DNA of 64,000 nucleotides from Candidatus Parcubacteria bacterium (GTDB lineage: Bacteria > Patescibacteriota > Saccharimonadia > UBA4664 > JBIOIQ01): contig OY970378.1 in NCBI GenBank assembly GCA_963718875.1, positions 4,396-68,395 on the forward strand, given 5' to 3'. The notes under the pieces are model-generated. The model ran no database searches, was not told the origin of the DNA, and worked only from the letters and a program-made list of their open reading frames with translations. Of this stretch, positions 9,917 through 17,694 are shown in pieces. Each line of letters starts with the position of its first letter. The stretch's first letter is position 1. Both the position numbers and the translations under genes were made by a program.

Positions 9917-10917
9917 CGCTGTCTCTTTGCGGCCCGTTTCATGCGTCGTTTCATCAGCCAATAAACCAGGATAGCTGGCACAACCGGAACGGCTATACCG
10001 AAGAGAATCACCCGCCACGGCACTACCCAAAAGCTAACGCTGCCGGTAAGAGGGATGTCTCTGGTGCCGTCATTGTAGGCCATGGTAAAGCTGGCGGTGT
10101 ACTTACCAAAACGGAGCTTGGGAACTTGGGTAAAGTCCCACTTAAGGGTCATTTCCGGTTGGTTGTTTTTAATGATGGGTTTACCATCTTGGAGCTTAGG
10201 GACATAGACAGGAAAGCCATCTTTCCAGGCGGCAGTGTAAATACGGTTGGAGTTGGGCAGGATATTGCCCCCCGAATCATTAACGTCAATGGTGGAAACA
10301 GGTTTCTTGCCTTTGGTAATGAAAATGTTACCTTTGGGAACTACGTGAATATTACCAGCATTACGGAGCTTAATGTTAAAAGTAGCCGGTAGGAACTCGT
10401 AGAACTTGTGGTCGGCAGTAAAGCTGACAGGGGTAAGTTGGCGCTTAGTGTTAGGAGAGTTAACTGCTAGCAACACTAGGGTGGCACTGGAACCGGCCAC
10501 TACAGCTTCGGCGCCGGTAGGCTTAATGTCTTCCGCTCGGGAAAAAGTAGCAGCCAGGTAGTAGCCAAAGGCAGCTGTTTTAGGAATAGCGATGGTCATC
10601 TTGATGGTTTTCCACTCTCCTGGTGGAGCGTCAAACACGCTGGGGCTAAATTTAACCCAGTCAAAATAGCTGTCCGCAGCCTGGCGGTCACTTAAAACTG
10701 GTGAGCCGTCCTCACCCTGGGCGCCAAACTTAATTAAGCCAACTTTTAGACGTTCGGGAGCAGTGCCATTGTTTTTAACCCGCAAGTCGGCAGTGACAGT
10801 AGTGCCAGGATTGGCGGTTAGGTTAATGGGGAGAGGTGAAGTAGCGATGGAGAGTGGTTGTCCGGCGGCGGTGAGCGGGAGAGGGATAAAAAGGAGGGAC
10901 AGGAATATGGCTAAACT
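8988..10917. repeat. tandem direct duplication, two ~1020-bp units (~910 bp >99% identical) spanning the two DUF916-like genes
   Basis: 8991-9897 matches 10011-10917 with a single mismatch noted at the 5' edge. Identical antisense ORFs appear twice in the ORF track. Confidence 0.9.
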
Positions 10918-10971
10918 AAAACGGGTAAAATTAAAAGCACTCCACTTCATGTTGTAAGTATACCCTAGCAT
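9913..10971 (-). CDS. cell-surface protein (DUF916/DUF3324-like), copy 1 of tandem duplicate
   Basis: Signal peptide MKWSAFNFTRFSLAIFLSLLFIPLPLTAAGQ (start 10971 or 10950). C-terminal TM + KRRMKRAAKRQR. Confidence 0.5.
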   Translation of the reverse strand: MLGYTYNMKWSAFNFTRFSLAIFLSLLFIPLPLTAAGQPLSIATSPLPINLTANPGTTVTADLRVKNNGTAPERLKVGLIKFGAQGEDGSPVLSDRQAADSYFDWVKFSPSVFDAPPGEWKTIKMTIAIPKTAAFGYYLAATFSRAEDIKPTGAEAVVAGSSATLVLLAVNSPNTKRQLTPVSFTADHKFYEFLPATFNIKLRNAGNIHVVPKGNIFITKGKKPVSTIDVNDSGGNILPNSNRIYTAAWKDGFPVYVPKLQDGKPIIKNNQPEMTLKWDFTQVPKLRFGKYTASFTMAYNDGTRDIPLTGSVSFWVVPWRVILFGIAVPVVPAILVYWLMKRRMKRAAKRQR

Positions 10972-10991
10972 AAGAGTGTTAGGAACAGGGT

Positions 10992-12209
10992 TTAGAATCT
11001 ACCGGCGGCAACAATTGTTAGAGTGTCGGCGTAGTCGGTGGCGGCAGGAGTAACGCCGGAAACAGTGGCACGCTCAACGAAGTTAATGACGTCACCAGCT
11101 GAAGTTCCGGTTGAGGAGGCGAATGGGGAATAAAAGCTGGGGTTAATGGGGCCCATTTTACAGGTACCGTTACCGGAGCAGGTGGCAAATCCACCCGTAG
11201 AGTCGTAGGCGGCATTGGCACTGGGGGTTCCAGCTTGGCCACCACCACCGGCGGTAACAGAGGTAACAGCAAAACCGTAGTCTTCAGCACCGGCCGTATT
11301 AGTGTGAGCAGCAGTACCAATTGAGTTAGTGGTGTTGTTAGATATTTTGTAGTTAGCAGCAGTTGGTGACATGAGGGCTCCATGTAAGTTGCCCGAGGAA
11401 GTATCGGAAACGGTTTTGGCGTTTGCACTTAAATCTTTAACATACGCTACCCAACCGCCGTTGGCATTGGTGGTGACGGAAATGTTTAAGGCCGCCGTTG
11501 AGACTGTGCTAGAGGGGTCTAGGTTGGTACTAAATGCTTGTGAATTACCACTTAGAGTAAAGATGAAAGTTGGCGGAACAGTGGCTGTAACATTAACTTG
11601 ATCGGCGGTGATGCTTGAACCAATGATGGAAACAGCATATGCGCTGGTGGCGGCGTCGGCAGTACCTGGGTAAGCGCCTGTACGAGTTGTAACTGTGCCA
11701 GCCAAGTTATTGCCCGAAGTAGCAGGAGTCCTAAGCGCGGTAGTGGAGTTGGTCCAGTTAAAGCAGTAAACGGCCGCCGAAGCAAGGTTGCCACTAACAA
11801 AATCGACGGTTTGAGCAGCAGGTGCGTTGGTAGGCTGAGCGATGCCGGTCCATGCTACCGACCCCGCAGGCCACGATGTGTTAGTTGTACTATTAACAGC
11901 CCAATCTGCTTGGGTGGCGCTAAGAACAAATCCAGTAGGGAATACTACTCGAGCGGTAGTTTCGGTGCCAGCCACATTGGCGGCAGACATGTTGGCGCAA
12001 ACCGTACCCGAAGCAAAGACGCTACCGCCGTTGGAGGCAGCAACGCGATCAAGTCGTACTGTGATTTCGTTAAACTCAGGTGCCGCCATAGCCGTACCCG
12101 TCATAAACGGAACAAAAGCTTGGAATAGTAAAGCAACGATACTTGCAATACGCAGGCGTTGAAGGAAGTTTCTATTTAGAAACTGGTTTCTCATCAATTT
12201 ATAACCCAC
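10992..12209 (-). CDS. secreted protein, paralog A (pilin/fibre-subunit-like; ends ...ATDYADTLTIVAAGRF)
   Basis: Signal peptide (RLRIASIVALLFQAFVPFMTGTAMAAPE). 3' half nucleotide-identical to the paralog at 12343..13527. Confidence 0.55.
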   Translation of the reverse strand: MGYKLMRNQFLNRNFLQRLRIASIVALLFQAFVPFMTGTAMAAPEFNEITVRLDRVAASNGGSVFASGTVCANMSAANVAGTETTARVVFPTGFVLSATQADWAVNSTTNTSWPAGSVAWTGIAQPTNAPAAQTVDFVSGNLASAAVYCFNWTNSTTALRTPATSGNNLAGTVTTRTGAYPGTADAATSAYAVSIIGSSITADQVNVTATVPPTFIFTLSGNSQAFSTNLDPSSTVSTAALNISVTTNANGGWVAYVKDLSANAKTVSDTSSGNLHGALMSPTAANYKISNNTTNSIGTAAHTNTAGAEDYGFAVTSVTAGGGGQAGTPSANAAYDSTGGFATCSGNGTCKMGPINPSFYSPFASSTGTSAGDVINFVERATVSGVTPAATDYADTLTIVAAGRF

Positions 12210-12288
12210 TTGCTAAAACTCTAATGCTTAAATCATAATCATGAATTTACTCATTGTCAACCTCTCTTCAGATACCTGCGTTCCATAA

Positions 12289-12320
12289 CAAAAAGACCCT
12301 CGTATGAAGGTCTTTTTGTT
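12289..12320. terminator. bidirectional rho-independent terminator (aaaaagacc-loop-ggtctttttgtt)
   Basis: Perfect hairpin flanked by an A-tract and a T-tract, immediately downstream of the minus gene ending at 12343. Confidence 0.55.
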
Positions 12321-12342
12321 ATAACTAAAGTAAAAGTATCTT

Positions 12343-13527
12343 TTAGAACCTGCCAGCGGCAACAATAGTTAGAGTGTCGGCGTAGTCGGTGGCGGCAGGA
12401 GTAATACCAGCAATGTTGGCACGCTCTACAAAGCTAATGACGTCACCAGCTGAAGTTCCGGTTGAGGAGGCAAATGGGGAATAAAAGCTGGGGTTAATGG
12501 GGCCCATTTTACAGGTACCGTTACCGGAGCAGGTGGCAAATCCACCCGTAGAGTCGTAGGCGGCATTGGCACTGGGGGTTCCAGCTTGGCCACCACCACC
12601 GGCGGTAACAGAGGTAACAGCAAAACCGTAGTCTTCAGCACCGGCCGTATTAGTGTGAGCAGCAGTACCAATTGAGTTAGTGGTGTTGTTAGATATTTTG
12701 TAGTTAGCAGCAGTTGGTGACATGAGGGCTCCATGTAAGTTGCCCGAGGAAGTATCGGAAACGGTTTTGGCATTGGCACTTAAATCCTTGACGTAAGCCA
12801 CCCAACCAGCCGAGGCGTTGGTGGTGACAGAAATGTTTAAGGCCGCCGTTGAGACAGTGGTAGCAGGATCTAGGTTGGTACTAAATGGTTGGGAGTTACC
12901 ACTTAGAGTAAAGATGAAGGTTGGCGGAACAGTGGCTGTAACATTAACTTGATCGCCTGTTCCACCGGAGCCTATTACAGAAGTGGCGTAGTTACTAGAG
13001 GCGGCGTCGGCAGTACCTGGGTAAGCGCCTGTACGGGTTGTAACTGAGCCGGTCAGGTTGTTCCCCGCACTGGCTGGCGTACTAAGGGCTGTGGTTGTGT
13101 TGGTCCAGTTAAAACAATAAATATTTGCCGAGGCAAGGTCACCGCTTACAAAGTCGACGGTTTGACCGGTGGGCGCATTAGTAGGTAGAGAGATGCCGGT
13201 CCATGATACTGCCCCCACAGGCCACGAGGTGTTAGATGTACTGTTAACCGTCCAGTTAGCAGGTGTAGTGCTGACAGTAAAGCCCGTAGGAAACACTACC
13301 CTGACGGTGGTTTCGGTGCCAGCTACATTGCCCGCGGTTGCGTTGACGCAAACGGTTCCGGAAGTAAAGACCGTACCCGCGGAAAGACGATCAAAACGAA
13401 CTAAAGCATAAGTGTACGGAGCGGCGGCGGCAGTGCCTACCATAAATGGAACAAAAGCTTGGAATAGTAAAGCTACGATGCTGGCTATTCGAAAGCGCTG
13501 AAATATTTTATGATTGTGTATTTTCAT
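12343..13527 (-). CDS. secreted protein, paralog B (same family; identical C-terminal ~150 aa ending TLTIVAAGRF)
   Basis: Signal peptide MKIHNHKIFQRFRIASIVALLFQAFVPFMVGTAAAAPY. N-terminal half diverged from paralog A, C-terminal half identical. Confidence 0.55.
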   Translation of the reverse strand: MKIHNHKIFQRFRIASIVALLFQAFVPFMVGTAAAAPYTYALVRFDRLSAGTVFTSGTVCVNATAGNVAGTETTVRVVFPTGFTVSTTPANWTVNSTSNTSWPVGAVSWTGISLPTNAPTGQTVDFVSGDLASANIYCFNWTNTTTALSTPASAGNNLTGSVTTRTGAYPGTADAASSNYATSVIGSGGTGDQVNVTATVPPTFIFTLSGNSQPFSTNLDPATTVSTAALNISVTTNASAGWVAYVKDLSANAKTVSDTSSGNLHGALMSPTAANYKISNNTTNSIGTAAHTNTAGAEDYGFAVTSVTAGGGGQAGTPSANAAYDSTGGFATCSGNGTCKMGPINPSFYSPFASSTGTSAGDVISFVERANIAGITPAATDYADTLTIVAAGRF

Positions 13528-13622
13528 GGCTGTTGTTGAGTTTCCCCTTTTTTTATTTTTGTTTTTTTATATGAATACATTAAGAGTTTGGATCAAAGTT
13601 CTTATGCTGTCAAGCTTTTTTT

Positions 13623-13754
13623 CTGACCCACGTGCACTTTGCGAATTTTGATGTCATGTTGAGCTTGTCGAAACATCTATCCAGATAGATCTCTTCCGTC
13701 GACTGACGGATCGAGATGACAATAGGAAGAGAACTAAAAGTGCACGTGGGTCAG
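13623..13754. repeat. MITE-like element: 18-bp perfect terminal inverted repeats (ctgacccacgtgcacttt / aaagtgcacgtgggtcag) enclosing a palindromic core shared with 25913-26000
   Basis: Inverted-repeat arms at 13623-13640 and 13737-13754. Internal atgtcatgttgagc...gtcgaaacatctatccagatagatctc...cgagatgacaat. Confidence 0.6.
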
Positions 13755-13774
13755 CTTTTTTTGGCCTTTATTGG

Positions 13775-14809
13775 CTAAAACGATCCCGAGGCGACTAGTG
13801 TTAGAGTATCTGTGTAGTCGCTGGCTGACGGGGTTGTGGCGCTAGCTTTAGCCTTAATGACAATCTGAGCCGAACCGCCCGTTATTGGGGCAGTGCTATT
13901 AAAAATAGTTTGAAAAGCTAACGCCAGCCCTCCAACGTTATTTGTGGAGCCATTAAATGGGCTTGCTACCGTAAATGGACCTCCGCTTGATTGAGTAGCA
14001 CTAGCTCCTTGTGCCCCATAGCCCGATGAGGCTGCACTAAGATCGGCGGTCGAAGAAACAATTAGTGGCCCAACCACATTACTTTTAAGCCCGGCATTTT
14101 TTGAGGCCACATAAACATTTCCCCCGGATTCGGCATTGGTATCAAGTGTGATACTGCCGTTGGGGGTAGCGGTAATAACGCTCCCGGCCGAAAGCGTACC
14201 TAGGTCTACCGTGCTGGGAGAGACAGAAAAAGATAATTGAGCAGTGGACGTTGATGCAGCCGCAGTAGGCCCGTAAGCTGACTCTGTAAATCTACCCTGA
14301 ATTGCCCTGGCTTTAACGGTGTAAGTAGTGTTGGGAGTTAAGCCTATTACCGTTGTTCCCGAGCCGCTACCCCATGACGAGTAGGTTCGGTAGTCTGTTG
14401 GGTAAACCAAGGTCGTGCCAACCGTATTGTCGCTTTTTACGTAATTAATGTTACTAGCAAATGCGTCGGTGCTAATCGCTACTGCGTACAATGCATCCGT
14501 AGGATTGCCTTGGGTACCAATAGTAATAAGTAGCTTATTATAGAAATTATTAACATTGGTAATGGTAATAGTGGGAACGTTGGAGTTTTGAGCATTATTA
14601 TTTCCGGATTGAACCGCCTTTGCAGTACCCGTAGACTGAGCGGTACTTTGTTCTCCGGCTGTGCCATTTACTCTATAAGTAGTCGAAGCCGAACTAGCTG
14701 TACCGCCAGTCCCTATGCTGTAATTATGCAGCTGATAGGTTGTGCTTGACGGCAATGCGGCTAACAGCATAACTGTACCGCCTAAAAAAGTACTAAACCA
14801 TCCACTCAT
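13775..14809 (-). CDS. secreted protein, paralog C (ends ...SDYTDTLTLVASGSF; same C-terminal strand motif)
   Basis: Signal peptide MSGWFSTFLGGTVMLLAALPSSTTYQ; Ser/Thr/Gly-rich; C-terminal motif shared with paralogs A and B. Confidence 0.5.
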   Translation of the reverse strand: MSGWFSTFLGGTVMLLAALPSSTTYQLHNYSIGTGGTASSASTTYRVNGTAGEQSTAQSTGTAKAVQSGNNNAQNSNVPTITITNVNNFYNKLLITIGTQGNPTDALYAVAISTDAFASNINYVKSDNTVGTTLVYPTDYRTYSSWGSGSGTTVIGLTPNTTYTVKARAIQGRFTESAYGPTAAASTSTAQLSFSVSPSTVDLGTLSAGSVITATPNGSITLDTNAESGGNVYVASKNAGLKSNVVGPLIVSSTADLSAASSGYGAQGASATQSSGGPFTVASPFNGSTNNVGGLALAFQTIFNSTAPITGGSAQIVIKAKASATTPSASDYTDTLTLVASGSF

Positions 14810-15108
14810 ACCCTTATCATAAGATAAGCATAGGCGTTTTACAACGGGACTAGGGTTGGTTCATTACGCTTAAAGCGGAAAGCATACTTTTATGCAGTGT
14901 AAATGGACTTTCAATAACTCCGGGTGGCTTTTCTTTAGCATGGAACTCTAGCAATATCTTGGTAAGAAGCGTCCTCAGAAGCCAATCCCCGATACGGATC
15001 ACAAACCGGTCCAGACAGCTTCAATCATTTTCGGCCAGGTTAATTTTAGTTTTAAAGAACCCGACTTAAAGACCAGGTGAAGGCGTATCATTTTTGAGGT
15101 TTTTAGGA

Positions 15109-15132
15109 AGTTATATAACGTGTTATATAACT
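15109..15132. promoter_or_regulatory. operator-like perfect inverted repeat agttatataac-gt-gttatataact (11-bp arms)
   Basis: Seen directly. Lies in the 870-bp AT-rich non-coding region upstream of the minus gene 13775..14809. Confidence 0.3.
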
Positions 15133-15680
15133 ATTTGTCTTTTTAAAAAATGCAATAGCCCAGGTTGAGCATCTGGCTGAAAATGTGAGGCATAATAGGC
15201 AGGTTGTATGGTTAAATTAACCATACAAATTTCAAAATTATATAATTCGTCAAACACCCTAAAAAGACATAAGTACTTCCTGCCCGAAAAAGGCATAGGC
15301 ACTCTCTTAAATAAAAAGCTAGGTTAGTGGGCTAGTTATCTCTTCGTTCAAAAACACTAAGGGATTACCACAGACGTCAAGCTGCTAAAAGACTTTTGAC
15401 TTCTGCTAGCGGGAGATAGGAGAGGCTGCACAAAGACATTTAAATGGTCTTATCTTAAATGTGTGCTACTTGCCCAGCATCTACCTGTCGGTAGACGCTG
15501 GGCTCAACAAATATGTAAGATGCCGCGTGTCCGAACCGAAAAAACGCAACTTAGCATTATGACAGCCCTGTCCGCTAAAAGTTTCAAAACTTTACTTAAA
15601 CAGCTCTGGTCATCTAGAGGCTAACTGGTTTGTCCTAGTTAGATTGTAGCTTGTTCCGTTTTAGCGTAATGAACCTGAGG

Positions 15681-16277
15681 TTAGTTCCAGCGAAAAGTGG
15701 ACATAATGTGATCCATGACTGCGCCATGCTCATCGGCATCTGCTTGTGGCGACGTAAAAGCAATTGTGGCTAGCTTATCGTGGCGCGGAATAAAAACCGT
15801 TTGCTCATAGCCTTCCTGAGTTTTTGTCATTATGATGGCTTCACTTCCGCCTACCTGTGCTTTTGTTTGAGTATAAAGTTCTGGCCTAAGTTGACGAAAA
15901 CGATATGAGGAATTTTCATTTATATTGGTAAAGCGAGCCTGGACGGCTACCGCCAGATGGTCGGAGCCGGCGATGCTACTAGTATTAAGAAGAAAATTGT
16001 CAAGATCGCCATAGCTCGCGCCATTCCCAAGCGGGGCTAAACTAAAGGACGAGGGATAAGAAAGGGTAAAAGTTTTTCCTTTCAGTTCTATATATGTTAC
16101 TTTTTTGCGGCTGGCGACAGAGGCTGTAGGGGTTTTTGTTTGAACCGTGCCTTGGGCAGGATTAGAGAGCAGATTTTTCAAGAGCCACCCGACCGCAAGC
16201 AATATCATGACAATACAGACTGTTCCTAATATAATGAGTCGTCGCGGTTTTGAAGTTTTAGTCATATCCGGAGGCAT
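15681..16277 (-). CDS. membrane-anchored hypothetical protein (N-terminal TM)
   Basis: ORF with TM segment LIILGTVCIVMILLAVGWLL; 6 nt downstream of the PKD gene, likely co-transcribed. Confidence 0.45.
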   Translation of the reverse strand: MPPDMTKTSKPRRLIILGTVCIVMILLAVGWLLKNLLSNPAQGTVQTKTPTASVASRKKVTYIELKGKTFTLSYPSSFSLAPLGNGASYGDLDNFLLNTSSIAGSDHLAVAVQARFTNINENSSYRFRQLRPELYTQTKAQVGGSEAIIMTKTQEGYEQTVFIPRHDKLATIAFTSPQADADEHGAVMDHIMSTFRWN

Positions 16278-16283
16278 GCTACT

Positions 16284-17252
16284 TTAAGTACCTAACGCTG
16301 GAGTTTGTGGTAGTCCTCGCTCCTCAGCTTTACGTCCTCGCCATTCACCCAACCAAAAGCTAACTACCATTAAAAGCAGAAGCGCCCAGATTGGCCAGGC
16401 CAAAAGCAACTGTCCCCCAGTAGGTCGGCTTGTAGTAAGCGCGGCTCCGACGTCGTTATTCACGATGGCGGCTAACTGTAACAGACCAGCTGTGCCAACC
16501 GAATCTACCGCTTTAATGGTTAAAACGTAACTGCCCTTATAACCGCCAGCTTTTTTGTATGTATGGGTGATGGTGAACTTGCCGGGAGTTGTGCGGGTGA
16601 AGAGATTGCTTGTTCCATCGCCCCAATCCACACTAACGGCATATGGGGCTTGACCGCCGAGTACTTCGACTTCCCAACTAACATTCTGACCAGGAACACT
16701 GCCTTTATAGATGCTGGGGGCTTTAATGATGACGTTGCCGTTTTGGCCATTAACCGAACCGTTAATGACATTAAGGGGGCTGGACGGTAAATCGTAGTAC
16801 GCAATCACTTCATTTGAATCTGGGCTTGATTGGTTGGCTTGATTTAGCATTTTTGCTACCAATTTGTTTTGCCCTATAAAAAGGTCGGCCTGCATGGCAA
16901 ATTGCCCCGTACGATCACAAATGACGGCCCCAGCAAGTACATCGTTTTTATAAACGTTGACCAGTAGCCCGCTTTGACAGGTACCCCTAATATTGATGGG
17001 GTTACTGGTGAAGCGCTGGCCATTTGCTGGGGCTGTAATAATAGGCCCATTTTTAGGGATAGCCCCCGGCACGACCGCCTGGACAGATATGGTACTAGTA
17101 ACAGGAGGAGGATCGTCAGCTTGGGCGAAAGCAGTAAGGCCAGCTAAGATGACTCCAGCAAGTAAAGTCACAAAAAGCAGCGATCCGTAAGAAGTGTGAT
17201 GGTGGGGTTGATAACGACCAGTGTGGCGATGGGGACTAAGCTTTGGTTTCAT
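16284..17252 (-). CDS. PKD-domain surface protein with signal peptide and C-terminal TM anchor
   Basis: PKD motif VSVDWGDGTS...ITHTY. N-terminal HHHTSY + hydrophobic segment. C-terminal LLLAWPIWALLLLMVVSFWLGEWRGRK. ATG at 17252 (the track's 17255 start is TTG). Paralog at 38021..38965. Confidence 0.65.
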   Translation of the reverse strand: MKPKLSPHRHTGRYQPHHHTSYGSLLFVTLLAGVILAGLTAFAQADDPPPVTSTISVQAVVPGAIPKNGPIITAPANGQRFTSNPINIRGTCQSGLLVNVYKNDVLAGAVICDRTGQFAMQADLFIGQNKLVAKMLNQANQSSPDSNEVIAYYDLPSSPLNVINGSVNGQNGNVIIKAPSIYKGSVPGQNVSWEVEVLGGQAPYAVSVDWGDGTSNLFTRTTPGKFTITHTYKKAGGYKGSYVLTIKAVDSVGTAGLLQLAAIVNNDVGAALTTSRPTGGQLLLAWPIWALLLLMVVSFWLGEWRGRKAEERGLPQTPALGT

Positions 17253-17257
17253 CAAGG

Positions 17258-17599
17258 TTATTGTAGCATAATAGCTTTGAGCTTTGAGCTTTGAGCTTTG
17301 AGCTTTGAGCTTTGAGCTTTGAGCTTTGAGCTTTGAGCTTTGAGCTTTGAGCTTTGAGCTTTGAGCTTTGAGCTTTGAGCTTTGAGCTTTGAGCTTTGAG
17401 CTTTGAGCTTTGAGCTTTGAGCTTTGAGCTTTGAGCTTTGAGCTTTGAGCTTTGAGCTTTGAGCTTTGAGCTTTGAGCTTTGAGCTTTGAGCTTTGAGCT
17501 TTGAGCTTTGAGCTTTGAGCTTTGAGCTTTGAGCTGGTTAATTATGTTTTGAGGAACTGAAGTGTCAAATGCCTGCCCTGAGCGAAGACGAAGGGTCAA
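17258..17599 (-). CDS. repeat-encoded ORF (MTLRLRSGQAFDTSVPQNIINQ-(LKAQSSK)n-AIMLQ); translation uncertain
   Basis: The 7-bp repeat is stop-free in all three minus-strand frames. The ORF ends 5 nt before the PKD gene ATG. Confidence 0.2.
   Translation of the reverse strand: MTLRLRSGQAFDTSVPQNIINQLKAQSSKLKAQSSKLKAQSSKLKAQSSKLKAQSSKLKAQSSKLKAQSSKLKAQSSKLKAQSSKLKAQSSKLKAQSSKLKAQSSKLKAIMLQ
17273..17535. repeat. heptanucleotide microsatellite (AGCTTTG)~37 (CAAAGCT on the gene strand)
   Basis: Perfect 7-bp periodicity over ~263 bp, ending 21 bp upstream of the PKD gene start codon. Confidence 0.95.
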
Positions 17600-17694
17600 A
17601 TGTTAATTGTTCCCGAGGTGTTAAATGTTAAATGGATGCCGTTGTACAAGACTAGCCATAAGCAGTATTATGTTAAGCGTTAAGAAGTTTTTTT

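Noticed and set aside
9104-10957. Plus-strand ORFs 9104..9370, 9741..9974, 9901..10392, 10763..10957 (duplicated pairs)
   Set aside because: Antisense artefacts inside the duplicated DUF916-like genes. They appear twice only because the underlying DNA is duplicated.
14810-15680. Long gene-free interval screened for tmRNA, RNase P, SRP or 6S RNA
   Set aside because: No conserved blocks (e.g. RNase P GGAAAGUCCGG, tRNA-like end, SRP domain IV) were recognisable. Only the operator-like palindrome was retained.
17273-17535. Regular short repeat array, considered as a CRISPR array
   Set aside because: The 7-bp unit has no spacers, no cas genes and no leader. It is a microsatellite, not a CRISPR.
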